From contig JASFYO010000005.1 in assembly GCA_045047305.1 (NCBI GenBank), positions 12,277 through 76,276 of the forward strand: a stretch of 64,000 nt of DNA, in the 5' to 3' direction. The stretch comes from Planctomycetota bacterium (lineage in GTDB: Bacteria; Planctomycetota; UBA1135). The notes beneath the pieces are model-generated. The model saw nothing but the letters and a program-made list of their open reading frames with translations. It was not told the DNA's origin and did no database searches. The position numbers and the translations under genes were made by a program. Below, in pieces: positions 18,753-29,089 of this stretch. Numbering within the stretch: the stretch's first letter is position 1; each line of letters starts with the position of its first letter.

Positions 18753-20876
18753 ATGCCAGAGACGACCGCATCCACCCCTAATCCCAGTCGACGCCTGCAC
18801 CTGCCATCGGCGGTGTGGTGTGCAGCGGTACATGTACTCACCTCCGGAATGATGCTGCACAGCGGGCCACCCGCTTTATGGCTCGCCGACGTTGGCAGTT
18901 GGCTCGCAATTGGCTGTTGCGCTCTAGCATTGCTCCAGCGCATATTCCTCTATCCCGCATTGCCACTATTGCTGCTCGCAAGCATAGGGCTCGCCTTGCA
19001 ACGCGCACCCCGTCCGCAAACCCTAGTTGTGCTGGAACCACGGCCAGTAAGGCTTACAGCGCGCCTCCGCGAGTGGCATGTGCAAGAGGATCAATCGTGG
19101 GCCTTATTTGACCAGTTACAGGATGTCGCTGGGCTTAGCTTGGCTCCTGGAAATCAGGTTTTACTTGGCCTAGCTGCCACCACACCTTATCAACCAACCG
19201 CTGGACAACGCCTAAGTTTAGAGGGGCGGCTTGCCCACGATGGGCGCTCCTTCCGCCTGGAGGCCTTCCGTTGGCATGTACAACAAGATGGCCGCGCACC
19301 GCCACTCATGCGTTTACGCCAAGCCGTGCGTGCGCGCTTTCACCAGGCGCTTTCTCCCGCGGAAGCTGGCCTTGCCATCGCCCTATTACTCGGCGAGAGG
19401 CGCGAACTCACCCCCATGCTGCAAGAAACCTACCGACGATTCGGCTTGGTCCATCTACTTGCGGTGTCCGGCATGCACTTTTGGCTATGGGATCAATTAC
19501 TTCGACGACTCTTACGCGGCCCCTTCGCCTACGCTCGACTGCCCATCCTGTGCGGAGCCGCCATTCTCGCCGGAGCCTCTGCGCCAGTGATGCGCGCTTT
19601 ATGGGTGGTGGTCCTGCGCGACGTCGCCGCTAGGTTTACTCGCCCCGTTCGCGGACTTCATCTGTGGGCCGCTGCGTGGAGCTTGGAGTTATGTTTTCTA
19701 CCGCCGAGCACTTTGGGCTTAGGGTTCATCCTCTCCTATGCAGCCACTGGCTTTCTCATTCTTGGCGCAGCACCTGCGGGCAAACCCAAGTGGGTGAAAG
19801 CCTTGCAGGCCTCTTGGGTGGCCTTTCTTGGATCCATGCCGTTTCTACACATGGTGCAAGGCACACTCGAACCATGGAGCATTCCTCTGAGCCCGCTTAT
19901 GGGATTACTATTGCCGCTGCGCTTAAGTGGCGCTTTGCTAGCACTCATCCCAGGTTGTGGGAGCGTGGTCGATTGGTTTTTGCGCAGTGTCAGTTGGGTG
20001 GAATCTTGCGCCTTTAAGCTTTTGGAGCATGCACCTTGGAGTCCATGGCTAACCCCACAAGACTCTAGCTTTTGGTATCTGCTTGCGGCCGTGATTGGTT
20101 TGCTCGCAGTACACCCCAAGCTCCCATCCCGATTTCATCTACGCAAAATCCTGTGGTCGCTGCTTCTTCTCTGCCTGATTGCACCCACGCCTCACCGCGC
20201 CGGCATTTCAATTCTTCCCGTAGGCCATGGGCTCGGAGTTGTGATTGCTGGAACTTCACGCAGCCTGAGTTTCGATTTAGGTAGTGGTGAACGCGCGCCA
20301 AGAGATTTGGTGGAACGCATCTTGTTTCCAGAATTACTGCTGCGCCATTGGCCAGTCCCAGACCGCATGATTCAAAGTCACAGCGATCGCGACCACGTCA
20401 ATGGCTACCCCTATTTACAACAACGTTTGGACCTAGAAAACATAGTGGTCGAGGCGGGAAAGCAGCGCATCATCCCAGATCTTGAACCTTGGAGCGTGAC
20501 GGCCTACGCTTGCCAGGGAGCAAAACTCGGAGTTTCCAATGATGCCGGACATATTCTGGATTTGCGCCTCAACGATTTCCGCGCGGTCCTACTTGGCGAT
20601 CAATCCGGTGCCTCTTTGCACGACTTATGCCGACGCCTCCCACCCGGGCCCATCGACCTCCTGCTCATACCTCATCACGGCCTCACTACCGATGGCCTTG
20701 CACAACTGCTCTTACATTTACAACCGAAACGCGCATGGTCTAGCTCCGGAACCAAAAACTTCCCGCTGCCCGTGGCGCCCCTACTGCAGCATTTTGGAGT
20801 ACCGCTCGAAACCACACTGCATGGAGCCTTGCGTTGGCCTTTCGTCGCTGAGGAAGAAGGGAGTGTCGGTGGCTAA
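18753..20876 (+). CDS. comEC: ComEC/Rec2 DNA-uptake channel (start uncertain)
   Basis: ALLLGE...GLVHLLAVSGMH and GFILSY competence-domain motifs; metallo-beta-lactamase domain VGHG, SHSDRDH, PHHG. Confidence 0.85.
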   Translation: MPETTASTPNPSRRLHLPSAVWCAAVHVLTSGMMLHSGPPALWLADVGSWLAIGCCALALLQRIFLYPALPLLLLASIGLALQRAPRPQTLVVLEPRPVRLTARLREWHVQEDQSWALFDQLQDVAGLSLAPGNQVLLGLAATTPYQPTAGQRLSLEGRLAHDGRSFRLEAFRWHVQQDGRAPPLMRLRQAVRARFHQALSPAEAGLAIALLLGERRELTPMLQETYRRFGLVHLLAVSGMHFWLWDQLLRRLLRGPFAYARLPILCGAAILAGASAPVMRALWVVVLRDVAARFTRPVRGLHLWAAAWSLELCFLPPSTLGLGFILSYAATGFLILGAAPAGKPKWVKALQASWVAFLGSMPFLHMVQGTLEPWSIPLSPLMGLLLPLRLSGALLALIPGCGSVVDWFLRSVSWVESCAFKLLEHAPWSPWLTPQDSSFWYLLAAVIGLLAVHPKLPSRFHLRKILWSLLLLCLIAPTPHRAGISILPVGHGLGVVIAGTSRSLSFDLGSGERAPRDLVERILFPELLLRHWPVPDRMIQSHSDRDHVNGYPYLQQRLDLENIVVEAGKQRIIPDLEPWSVTAYACQGAKLGVSNDAGHILDLRLNDFRAVLLGDQSGASLHDLCRRLPPGPIDLLLIPHHGLTTDGLAQLLLHLQPKRAWSSSGTKNFPLPVAPLLQHFGVPLETTLHGALRWPFVAEEEGSVGG

Positions 20877-20896
20877 GGCACTCCGTCATCCAAACG

Positions 20897-22495
20897 ATGC
20901 AGCAACCCATTCTTGGCGCCACCCTGTTCGGCAGTCGCGCGCATTTGGTGCGCGTAGAAACCCAAACTGGACGCGGCCTTTCCCGAGTCATCCTAGTGGG
21001 CATGCCAGATGCTGTTGCTCGGGAAGCACGCGAACGTTTGCCCGCTGCACTACACCGCCATCAATTTGCATTCCCCAAAGGCAAGGTGTTGTTCAATCTG
21101 GTGCCAGCGCAACTACCCAAGTGCGGATTACCCTTCGACCTCGCCCTTGCGGTTTCCTTATTGGTCACTGAGAAACAAGTCCGTGCCCCAGAACGCGCGA
21201 CCCTCTTCCTCGCCGAACTAGATCTGCATGGTCGTCTTGGACCACCCGCGCGGGGAACCCTGCTTGCAGCCTTAGCGGCAGTACAAGAACAGTGCTTTGA
21301 TCTCATCACTGCGCCCGACGCCGTGGCCGAAGCCAATCTAGCTCCAGGCATGCGTGTATTTGGCATGCGCGATCTCAGTGAGGTCGCGGCATTCTTAAAT
21401 CATCCGCAAGACTTTCAGCCACATCCCCCTCAGCTCTCTTCCCCACTCCGTCAGCACCACACTCCTCCATCCAGGCTGGATGACCTCCGCGGTCAAGCGC
21501 ATGCTCGACGCGCAGCCGTCATTGCAGTTGCTGGACGTCACTCGATGTGGATGCAAGGCCCTCCTGGTACCGGCAAAAGCATGTTGGCGCGGCGCTTGTG
21601 TTCACTACTCCCTGACCTCAGTGATCAACGCGCCCTGGAAGTAGCCTGCGTTGAAGCCTTACTCCGTCCACTCGACCACCTCAGTCGCCGCCCGCCCTTT
21701 CGCGCACCGCATACCAGTGCATCGGCACAGGCACTCTTAGGCGGTGGCACTCCCCTACGCCCGGGCGAATTAGCGCGTGCGCACGGAGGCATACTTTTCC
21801 TCGATGAGCTTCCGGAGTTTGCGCGTCCGGTATTGGAGGGATTACGTCAACCCCTGGAGGAAGGCGAAGTCCGTTTGCAGCGTGCTCGGTCCTGGGCAAC
21901 CTACCCTGCCGACGTGCAACTCATCGCAACCAGTAACCCCTGCCCTTGCGGCTATGCGACACACCCCAAAATGCCATGCCGCTGCACTCCGCATCGGCTC
22001 AATGCTTATGCACAGCGGGTAAGCGGACCTCTACGCGACCGCTTCGACCTCTTCGTGGAAATGGGTCCAGTGAGCGCCGAGGACTTGGAAGGCCCGGCGT
22101 CGGCTCCATTAGATGAGGATGTACGCGCTAGGCTCCAACGCACACGCAAGTTTCAAGCACAGCAACAACAGCAGCGTGGATTCTTAACCAGTGTGGAAGC
22201 TAGCCTTGATGGTCTTCGCGCAACCGGCCTAGGAGATGACTCACGCAAACTGTTGCGCCAGGCCGTAGCTACGCTGCCACTCAGCGGACGGGGATTACTG
22301 CGTTGCCTGCGCGTGGCGCGCTCCGTTGCGGACCTGGCGCAACGCGCAGAAATTCAAGCCAGCGATGTACGTGAGGCGCTTAGTTTCCGGCCTTTGCCTC
22401 AAGCGGCGGAAGCAACCACAATGCTAAACCGTTTTCCTCCACGACCAAAGATGCGCCAGCCGCAGACAAAAGAGCAACCGCTGGATGGTCTTTAA
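20897..22495 (+). CDS. comM: ComM/YifB Mg-chelatase-like AAA+ ATPase
   Basis: VGMPD.V.EARER, GPPGTGKS, RPGELARAHGGILFLDELPEF, NPCPCG and SGPLRDRFD motifs. Confidence 0.93.
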   Translation: MQQPILGATLFGSRAHLVRVETQTGRGLSRVILVGMPDAVAREARERLPAALHRHQFAFPKGKVLFNLVPAQLPKCGLPFDLALAVSLLVTEKQVRAPERATLFLAELDLHGRLGPPARGTLLAALAAVQEQCFDLITAPDAVAEANLAPGMRVFGMRDLSEVAAFLNHPQDFQPHPPQLSSPLRQHHTPPSRLDDLRGQAHARRAAVIAVAGRHSMWMQGPPGTGKSMLARRLCSLLPDLSDQRALEVACVEALLRPLDHLSRRPPFRAPHTSASAQALLGGGTPLRPGELARAHGGILFLDELPEFARPVLEGLRQPLEEGEVRLQRARSWATYPADVQLIATSNPCPCGYATHPKMPCRCTPHRLNAYAQRVSGPLRDRFDLFVEMGPVSAEDLEGPASAPLDEDVRARLQRTRKFQAQQQQQRGFLTSVEASLDGLRATGLGDDSRKLLRQAVATLPLSGRGLLRCLRVARSVADLAQRAEIQASDVREALSFRPLPQAAEATTMLNRFPPRPKMRQPQTKEQPLDGL

Positions 22496-24080
22496 GGGTC
22501 ACCACGGCTAGGTGTCGCTCTGGAATACGATTGCGCATGGCAAGCAAAGCTGCAGATGGATCAAAATAATCACTCTCTGCTGATTGCTGCTTCACCCAAC
22601 GCCGGGCTTGCCACAGCGCAAAGCTTTCATCCAATCGTGCACGTAAATCAGGCAAAGTGGCGTTGTGGATTTGCGGTGAGTCCACGAACAAGGAGTGGTG
22701 TAAAGTTGGAACCAAAGGGTTTCCCTGCGCGCCAAGAGAACCACCACGAATACCGGGATGCCAGGGGTGGAAGACTAGAACCGTGTCATCGGGCAGGTCT
22801 TTCTCTGCGGCCGCAAGCTGCGCTGGCCAGGTGCTGATGAGGGCTTCCGGGCGTAAAGCCAAGCGTCCGTCCTCGACGTGATCCAGCATATTGGTGCCAC
22901 CGAGATCCCACTGGGAATAAGCTTGATAGGTAGACCAAAAGGTTGGAATGCACAGCGCAAGCAACAACGGGCTCAAAAACTTTCCGGGTAATGTCTTCCA
23001 CATACAGGCCAAGAAAGCCCCTGCTGGCAAAGCCAATAGAATGCCAGCCATACGCGGGAACTTGTACTCATTATTCCACGGCAGACTCAGGAAGGAAAAA
23101 AGAGCGGCTAAACCAAGAGCCAACAACAATGGAGTGCGCTGCTCTTTGGCGATCCGAAACACGCCTACCAATCCAAGTGGAAGCAACCAATGCAAAGGCC
23201 CCAAAAGATTGGCCCACGCACCGGAGCCAACAAAGGGGAATGCGCCAGCCATGCTTGCCTCTCCCTCGGGCGAGGGCGTAAACAGGGGCAGCAAAAAAGG
23301 AACTGCCAGGAGCAAAGCCACTAAGACAGCCGGTAACAGTTGCTTTATCCCCTCCACACCGGAAAGCAATAAAGGTAACTTCGCGGCTGCGATTAAAATG
23401 GCTACAAATCCGCCGACCAGTGGATTCAAGGCCATGGTGACGCCAAGCAGAACTCCCATGCGTAACAACTCTCGCTTGCTTTGACCAAAACTGTCGGCCA
23501 GGGCAAAGAATGCGAATGGCAAGGACAGAGCAAAGGAGGATACGTTTAGAAACTTAGGCAAGAAGGATTGCAGCCGCCCATCCCAGGAAAAAGAGGCCAT
23601 AGGCTGGGTTAAATCCAGCAAAACAATCAACGGAGAAGCACCCTCCACCATGGGGACATCGCTAGCAACCCACCATGCGGCCAAACCATTGAAGCCCAGC
23701 ACCATAGACAAAAAGGCGAAACGTCGGGCGGAGAAACTAAGACCGAGGCGTTTGCCGTAAGCGTCGAGGGCTGGGCCCATCAACATCGCGGCAAAAATAT
23801 TGAGTATCGCAAAACCCCAAAGCGGTCCTCCACCAAGTTTGCCGAGCAAAACGCCTAGTGTCGGGTACAGCGTGTAGTAATGCAGCGCAATACCAGCGTG
23901 GTATGGATTCTCCGGCATGAGGCCATCGCGGAGCACCGCCTCTCCAATCCCTGCATGCAAATAACCGTGGTAAGACGTGCGCACGGCATCACCGCCTAGC
24001 GAGACAATCACCATGACCAAAATGGCCAAAGTGCCGCCTTCGAGCCAAGGTGCAATGCGCTCGCGCAAGCTAGGTGGCAT
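22380..24080 (-). CDS. Polytopic membrane protein, possibly a GT-C-fold glycosyltransferase (DUF2298-like)
   Basis: About 12 hydrophobic segments; first loop P.NPY.AG..L.YY. Start ATG 24080 lies 2 nt after the upstream stop. Confidence 0.55.
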   Translation of the reverse strand: MPPSLRERIAPWLEGGTLAILVMVIVSLGGDAVRTSYHGYLHAGIGEAVLRDGLMPENPYHAGIALHYYTLYPTLGVLLGKLGGGPLWGFAILNIFAAMLMGPALDAYGKRLGLSFSARRFAFLSMVLGFNGLAAWWVASDVPMVEGASPLIVLLDLTQPMASFSWDGRLQSFLPKFLNVSSFALSLPFAFFALADSFGQSKRELLRMGVLLGVTMALNPLVGGFVAILIAAAKLPLLLSGVEGIKQLLPAVLVALLLAVPFLLPLFTPSPEGEASMAGAFPFVGSGAWANLLGPLHWLLPLGLVGVFRIAKEQRTPLLLALGLAALFSFLSLPWNNEYKFPRMAGILLALPAGAFLACMWKTLPGKFLSPLLLALCIPTFWSTYQAYSQWDLGGTNMLDHVEDGRLALRPEALISTWPAQLAAAEKDLPDDTVLVFHPWHPGIRGGSLGAQGNPLVPTLHHSLFVDSPQIHNATLPDLRARLDESFALWQARRWVKQQSAESDYFDPSAALLAMRNRIPERHLAVVTLKDHPAVALLSAAGASLVVEENGLALWLLPPLEAKAGN

Positions 24081-24082
24081 GC

Positions 24083-25540
24083 TTATGGATTCCATTGCGA
24101 ACCGGGCCATGGCGTGCGCGAGGATTCACCTTCATGGTCAGAGGCCGAGGCATAACCAAGCTCTTCTAGAGCCGCCATCTCTTCAGGCGAAACTTGCTCC
24201 TGCTCTTCTCCAGCGATATTCAGCCCCTGATGCCAAGCCCGCAAGGCATCGAGCATACGGCGTGTGACTTCTGGGTTTTTGGCAGACACATCATGAAGTT
24301 CTTTGGGGTCAACCGCGCGATCATAAAGTGCGACCACGGGGTAATGGTAAGTGGCATCCTTGGGCGGTTCTGGTGGGCCATGCAGATTCGCAGTCGGATT
24401 GTGCACCAAGGACCAACGGGCGTCGCGCACCATGTAATAAGTTTGACGATACGCAGAGAAGAAGTACTCCCTGCTCGACTCTTTACCGCGCAGAACCATA
24501 GGGAGGACATCGGCTAATGCGATACCTTCCCTCACGCGTTTACCAGCCATCCATTCCTTGCCGAGCACCATCAACGGAACATGGGTGGTCCCCGAGAAAA
24601 TGCTTTTCGCATGCATGGAGTAACCGTTGCGATCCAGCAATTCCTCACCGTGATCCGACATGAAGACCACGACTGCGTTATCTAACAATGCACCGCGTCC
24701 AGCATCTTGATACTGCCTCTCCAGGCCACGGAGAACTTCCATTACATAATCGTTCGCGGTGAGAATCTCTTCGTCGTAAAGCGCTTGCACGTTAGCAACC
24801 ACTTCCGCATTCACCTTCTCTGGGAAACGATGAAGGTCCATCAAAGTAGCCTTATCAGCTTGCACCCCTTCGCGGCTGGAAAAGGTTCCTAGATGCTTCG
24901 CGCTAGGTTCATAGGGCTGATGCGGAGCCATGTAATGGGCCCAAATGAAAACCCGCTGACCTTGGCTGATATCGTTTTTGGTGGTGACTAAAAGTTCCCG
25001 CGGAGCCGACGGCTCGGATTGTTTGGACCGAACCAAGGAGGTTGCAAACCCACGCTGTACCCCACAACCCTTACTTAACACCCGGTTAGCCACCACGGAA
25101 TGCCCCTTCCAGCCTCGACTAGCAAGCTCCATCGCAAAAGTAGGCTCTGCGGTTGCAGTGAAATTCCCAATCGATCCGTGCTCCAAGGGAGCCATTCCGG
25201 TCCAGAATGTAGTGAAGGATGGCAAGGTCATGCCTGCAGGTGACCAGGCATTTTCCCATAGGGTGCCATGGGCTGCGAGCCAAGCCATGGACCATTTCTG
25301 TTCTACATCTCCACCGGTGGCCCGCTCTGCGCCGTAGAAAGGCAAGCGGTCAGCACGCAAGGTATCGACCGCGACCACAATCAAATCGCGCGTATCGCCT
25401 GCGGCTAAAAGCCCTGAGGTCAGCACATTGGATGCCTGCGCTCCCTCCTGATCCAGCGCAGATGGCTCTGACTTGGTGCAAGCCAGCAACGCCGATGCGA
25501 GAAGCAAGCTTCCCCATAGAGGGATTTTCATTGAGTCCAT
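24083..25540 (-). CDS. Sulfatase-like (alkaline phosphatase superfamily) lipoprotein with Thr at the nucleophile position
   Basis: Lipobox LLA-C; VDTLRAD, TLPSFTT.WTG, HYMAPHQPY, SDHGE and HVPL motifs. Confidence 0.85.
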   Translation of the reverse strand: MDSMKIPLWGSLLLASALLACTKSEPSALDQEGAQASNVLTSGLLAAGDTRDLIVVAVDTLRADRLPFYGAERATGGDVEQKWSMAWLAAHGTLWENAWSPAGMTLPSFTTFWTGMAPLEHGSIGNFTATAEPTFAMELASRGWKGHSVVANRVLSKGCGVQRGFATSLVRSKQSEPSAPRELLVTTKNDISQGQRVFIWAHYMAPHQPYEPSAKHLGTFSSREGVQADKATLMDLHRFPEKVNAEVVANVQALYDEEILTANDYVMEVLRGLERQYQDAGRGALLDNAVVVFMSDHGEELLDRNGYSMHAKSIFSGTTHVPLMVLGKEWMAGKRVREGIALADVLPMVLRGKESSREYFFSAYRQTYYMVRDARWSLVHNPTANLHGPPEPPKDATYHYPVVALYDRAVDPKELHDVSAKNPEVTRRMLDALRAWHQGLNIAGEEQEQVSPEEMAALEELGYASASDHEGESSRTPWPGSQWNP

Positions 25541-25556
25541 CTTCATAGTATAGAAC

Positions 25557-27089
25557 TTAAGGCTGCTCAGGTTCGGCCCAGCTGGGGTTCTGACTTAAAT
25601 CGAAGCCCCATTGCGGAGCAACCCAGTAAAGGCAAAACAAAGTGACCAAGACAGCGGTGCAAAGGTTTAAGACCAAACCTGCCTTGGCCATTTCCCCCAT
25701 TTTAAGGCGTCCGCTGGAGAACAAAATGGCGTTCGGTGGGGTGGCTACCGGCAGCATAAAGGCGCAGGACACCGCAAAGGTTAATGGAATCGCAAGCGCC
25801 ATGGGGTGCAGGCCGGCAGCAACACTCGCACTGAACAACACTGGCAACAAGATATTGATAGTCGCGGTGTTGGAAGTGATTTCGGTGAGGAAGGTCACCG
25901 CAAGCACCACACAGAACACCGTCCCCCAAAGCGGCAAGACTTGCAGGGATGAGCCCAAGGCGTCGCCTACGGCAGCACTTAATCCACTCACTTCAAATCC
26001 ACTGGCTAAGGCAAAACCTCCACCAAGCAGGAGCAGGATGCCCCAGGGGATTCTCTTGCAGTCATCCCAATCCATCAAGGCGCCGGTTTGTTTGGCGCGA
26101 CCAGGAATGGAGAACAACAACAACACGCCAAATAAAGCCACCGTCGAATCTTTGAGGGTTGCCGCGACCTTCTCCGGCAAAAGGCCCGACCATCCCGGAA
26201 GACGGAATTCACCAAAGTCGATACCTTGGCGGGTCATCCACAGCAACGCCACTAAGCCGAACACAAACAACACTCGATTCTGTTCCGGAGTGCGCTTCAC
26301 CTGCCCTGCGCGCTCTTCCACAAAGCGGTCCAGGCTGGCAGTGCGTACGGAACTGAGCTTTCCGGTTACCCGACACAGACAAAACCAAGCCACCAGCAAA
26401 AACACAATCACAAACGGAAACGCGCCAAAAAACCAAGTGCCAAAACTTAACTCCGGCGCAGTCGGAAATCGCTCCGCATACATGCCAAGCAGCACACTAT
26501 TCGGCGCAGTGCCAATCGGGGTGGCCACGCCTCCAATCGAACAGGCATAAGCAATGCCCAAGAGCAAGGGTGCATTGAGCCGCTTCTGTTCTTCGGCGGT
26601 GCATTGCTGCAACAGCGAGACCGCCACCGGCAGCATCAGCAGAGCAGTGCTGGTATTACTGATAAACATGCTCATGAAGCCTCCGACGAACATGAATCCA
26701 AGCACGACACGCCTGGGCCGGGTGCCGAAAATACGCAAGGAGCGCAATGCAAAGCGATGATGCAAGCCGTAACGTTCCAATGCCAGCGCGAGAATGAATC
26801 CGCCGAGAAAAAGCAGCAGGATATCTTTGAAGTACCAGGGAGCGACTTCGCGGGCGTCGACCACGCCTAGGGCCGGAAAAAGCAACGCAGGCATCAAGGA
26901 GGCAATCGGCAGCGGCAGAGCCTCGCGGATCCAGCAGTAGGCGGTAAAAAAGGCTATTCCCGCAGTGGCACGTGCCGCATAAGGCAAATCTGATACCCAC
27001 GGCATAAAAGGAACCAGCAGCGCCAACACCACTCCAGGTAGCAGGCGAGATAAAGGACCACGGGTCGGGCTTTCCGGTGCGGATTCCAT
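25557..27089 (-). CDS. SLC13/DASS family anion:sodium symporter
   Basis: SMFISNT, GGVATPIGTAPN, TEITSNTAT and AFMLPVATPPNA motifs. Confidence 0.93.
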   Translation of the reverse strand: MESAPESPTRGPLSRLLPGVVLALLVPFMPWVSDLPYAARATAGIAFFTAYCWIREALPLPIASLMPALLFPALGVVDAREVAPWYFKDILLLFLGGFILALALERYGLHHRFALRSLRIFGTRPRRVVLGFMFVGGFMSMFISNTSTALLMLPVAVSLLQQCTAEEQKRLNAPLLLGIAYACSIGGVATPIGTAPNSVLLGMYAERFPTAPELSFGTWFFGAFPFVIVFLLVAWFCLCRVTGKLSSVRTASLDRFVEERAGQVKRTPEQNRVLFVFGLVALLWMTRQGIDFGEFRLPGWSGLLPEKVAATLKDSTVALFGVLLLFSIPGRAKQTGALMDWDDCKRIPWGILLLLGGGFALASGFEVSGLSAAVGDALGSSLQVLPLWGTVFCVVLAVTFLTEITSNTATINILLPVLFSASVAAGLHPMALAIPLTFAVSCAFMLPVATPPNAILFSSGRLKMGEMAKAGLVLNLCTAVLVTLFCLYWVAPQWGFDLSQNPSWAEPEQP

Positions 27090-27156
27090 CAATCAGACTC
27101 TGGCGCAAGTGGCCGAGGGACGCCATCCTATGCCTGCCGACGCGCGTCTGCAGCCC

Positions 27157-28077
27157 ATGACTTGGTTCGATTCCCTAGCCGCCTCCCTCATCCCCTTGGT
27201 CCCGAAAGCGATCATGCGGAAATTCAGCCTGCGTTATATCGCAGGTGAACTGCGTGAAGATGCGCTTCGTCGCGGTGCACAACTCGCTGCTGCGGGCTAT
27301 CGCGTGACTTATGATCAACTCGGTGAAGCGGTCAGCGATCAAAAGGAAGTGAATGCCGCGATGAAGGAAAACCTTGCTCTCCTGCAGGACCTTGCCGATG
27401 AACAGCAAGAATTGAACATTTCAGTCAAGCCCACACAGATGGGTTTGGACTTAAGCGAGCAAGTATGCATCGATTCTGTCTCCGCGATTTTGGAGAAGGC
27501 TCAAAGCTTGAACGCTTTCGTGCGCTTCGAGATGGAAGAATCGGATACCGTCGATGGCACCCTTCGAGTCTATGAGGTTTTGCGCCAGAAGTTTGGCGCC
27601 ACCGTTGGAATTGTGATTCAATCCATGCTTTTGCGCACCGAGGAAGATGCGCAACGCCTAGTCGCAAGCGATGCCCCCTTGAACGTGCGCTTAGTCAAAG
27701 GGATTTATGTCGAGCCGGAAGAGATTGCATATCAAGATGGAAATGAGGTCAATCAGGCCTATCTACGCACTCTGCGCATTCTCCTCGAAGGAGGTGCCTT
27801 TGTTGGGGTGGCCTCACACGACGAGGTTTTGATTGATGGCCTCAAGCAGTTACTCAAAGAAAACCCGGCGTGGCGTGAGCAATGCGAAGTGCAGATGCTC
27901 TTGGGCGTGCGCGAAGAATTGCGTCAAGCCGTACGCAAAGATGAATTGCCAGTTCGGGTATATGTCCCGTATGGCGAAGCCTGGTACCTGTATGTGGTGC
28001 GGCGCTTAAAGAAGAACCCAAAGTTGGCGCGTTACGCCATGCTGGGCATGCTCAAGAAGCAAGAAAAGTTGAACTAA
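27157..28077 (+). CDS. Monofunctional proline dehydrogenase
   Basis: RYIAGE, ISVKPTQMG, VRLVKGIY.EP, ASHD, QMLLGVR and RVYVPYG..WY.Y..RRL motifs. Confidence 0.92.
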   Translation: MTWFDSLAASLIPLVPKAIMRKFSLRYIAGELREDALRRGAQLAAAGYRVTYDQLGEAVSDQKEVNAAMKENLALLQDLADEQQELNISVKPTQMGLDLSEQVCIDSVSAILEKAQSLNAFVRFEMEESDTVDGTLRVYEVLRQKFGATVGIVIQSMLLRTEEDAQRLVASDAPLNVRLVKGIYVEPEEIAYQDGNEVNQAYLRTLRILLEGGAFVGVASHDEVLIDGLKQLLKENPAWREQCEVQMLLGVREELRQAVRKDELPVRVYVPYGEAWYLYVVRRLKKNPKLARYAMLGMLKKQEKLN

Positions 28078-29078
28078 GCTTTACTGTCGAGAGCCGCTGC
28101 CACGCCTTGCGCGGCATAGCCTTCGAGCAGTGCTGTTTTGACTTTCGCGACGGCCGTTGCCAAACTTTCTCCGTTTTGGAAGGAAGCACCCGCAGCGCGT
28201 GCATGCCCACCGCCGCCGATGCTGCGCGCGACCTGGTTGACATCTAGAAAACGCTTACTGCGAAAGCTGACTTTCACCATGCCGCCGGAGCGTTCTGTAA
28301 TAAGCCCAACCGCCTCCACCTGCGCAACGCCGCGAAGAATATCCAGAATGTCATCGGAATCCTCCAGGGCGCCATCGAGCTCCGCCAACCGCGACTGCTC
28401 AACAAAGGCAATCGCAATGCGACCGTCCAAGAAGTACTCCAGGTTTTCCAAAGCAGCACGAATACCAATCGGACGTCCGAGTTCGGCTTGTTGGTACACC
28501 AAGTCATATAAGCGCTCAGTGTCGACGCCCTTCTCCACCAGGCTTGCAGCAGCGGCCCATGCAGCGGCATCTGCGTTGGAATACTTTAACCATCCGGTGT
28601 CGGTCATCAGCGCGACGAAGGCGGCCTCATAAGCAGGCAGTGGCAAGGACTTGACTCCGAGCGCATCGGCAAGAGTCAAGGCCATGAGCCCACTGGCGGC
28701 GGCGGTTTCATCGTGCACCAAGGCGGTCCAACCATGATCCACAGCAATCGGGTGGTGATCCAAGGCAATCCGCGGCATCGGGCTGGCAGAAACGGCCTCC
28801 CCCATTGCACCTAAGCGATCAAGCTGATTGCAATCGCAGACTAAAAGCAAGTCAGCTTCCGGCAGCGTGCCGTCGAACAAAGTCCACGGGGTGTGCGCTT
28901 CAAGAAATCCGTAACGCCCATCCGGCGAGTTTGGCAGCATGACTTCCACCTGCTTGCCCAACTTGAGCAAAGCGTGATACATCACACTTTGTGCCCCCAA
29001 ACAATCGCCATCGGCGCGGAGGTGTCCGGAAAGTAAAATCCGCTCGCTGGATTCAATCAGTTGGATGGCTTCTTGCAT
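28074..29078 (-). CDS. nrnA: DHH/DHHA1 phosphoesterase (NrnA-like)
   Basis: H.RADGDC.G, DHH, TDTG, KVSFRS and GGGGHARAAG motifs. Confidence 0.9.
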   Translation of the reverse strand: MQEAIQLIESSERILLSGHLRADGDCLGAQSVMYHALLKLGKQVEVMLPNSPDGRYGFLEAHTPWTLFDGTLPEADLLLVCDCNQLDRLGAMGEAVSASPMPRIALDHHPIAVDHGWTALVHDETAAASGLMALTLADALGVKSLPLPAYEAAFVALMTDTGWLKYSNADAAAWAAAASLVEKGVDTERLYDLVYQQAELGRPIGIRAALENLEYFLDGRIAIAFVEQSRLAELDGALEDSDDILDILRGVAQVEAVGLITERSGGMVKVSFRSKRFLDVNQVARSIGGGGHARAAGASFQNGESLATAVAKVKTALLEGYAAQGVAAALDSKA

Positions 29079-29089
29079 GCGCGATGAGT

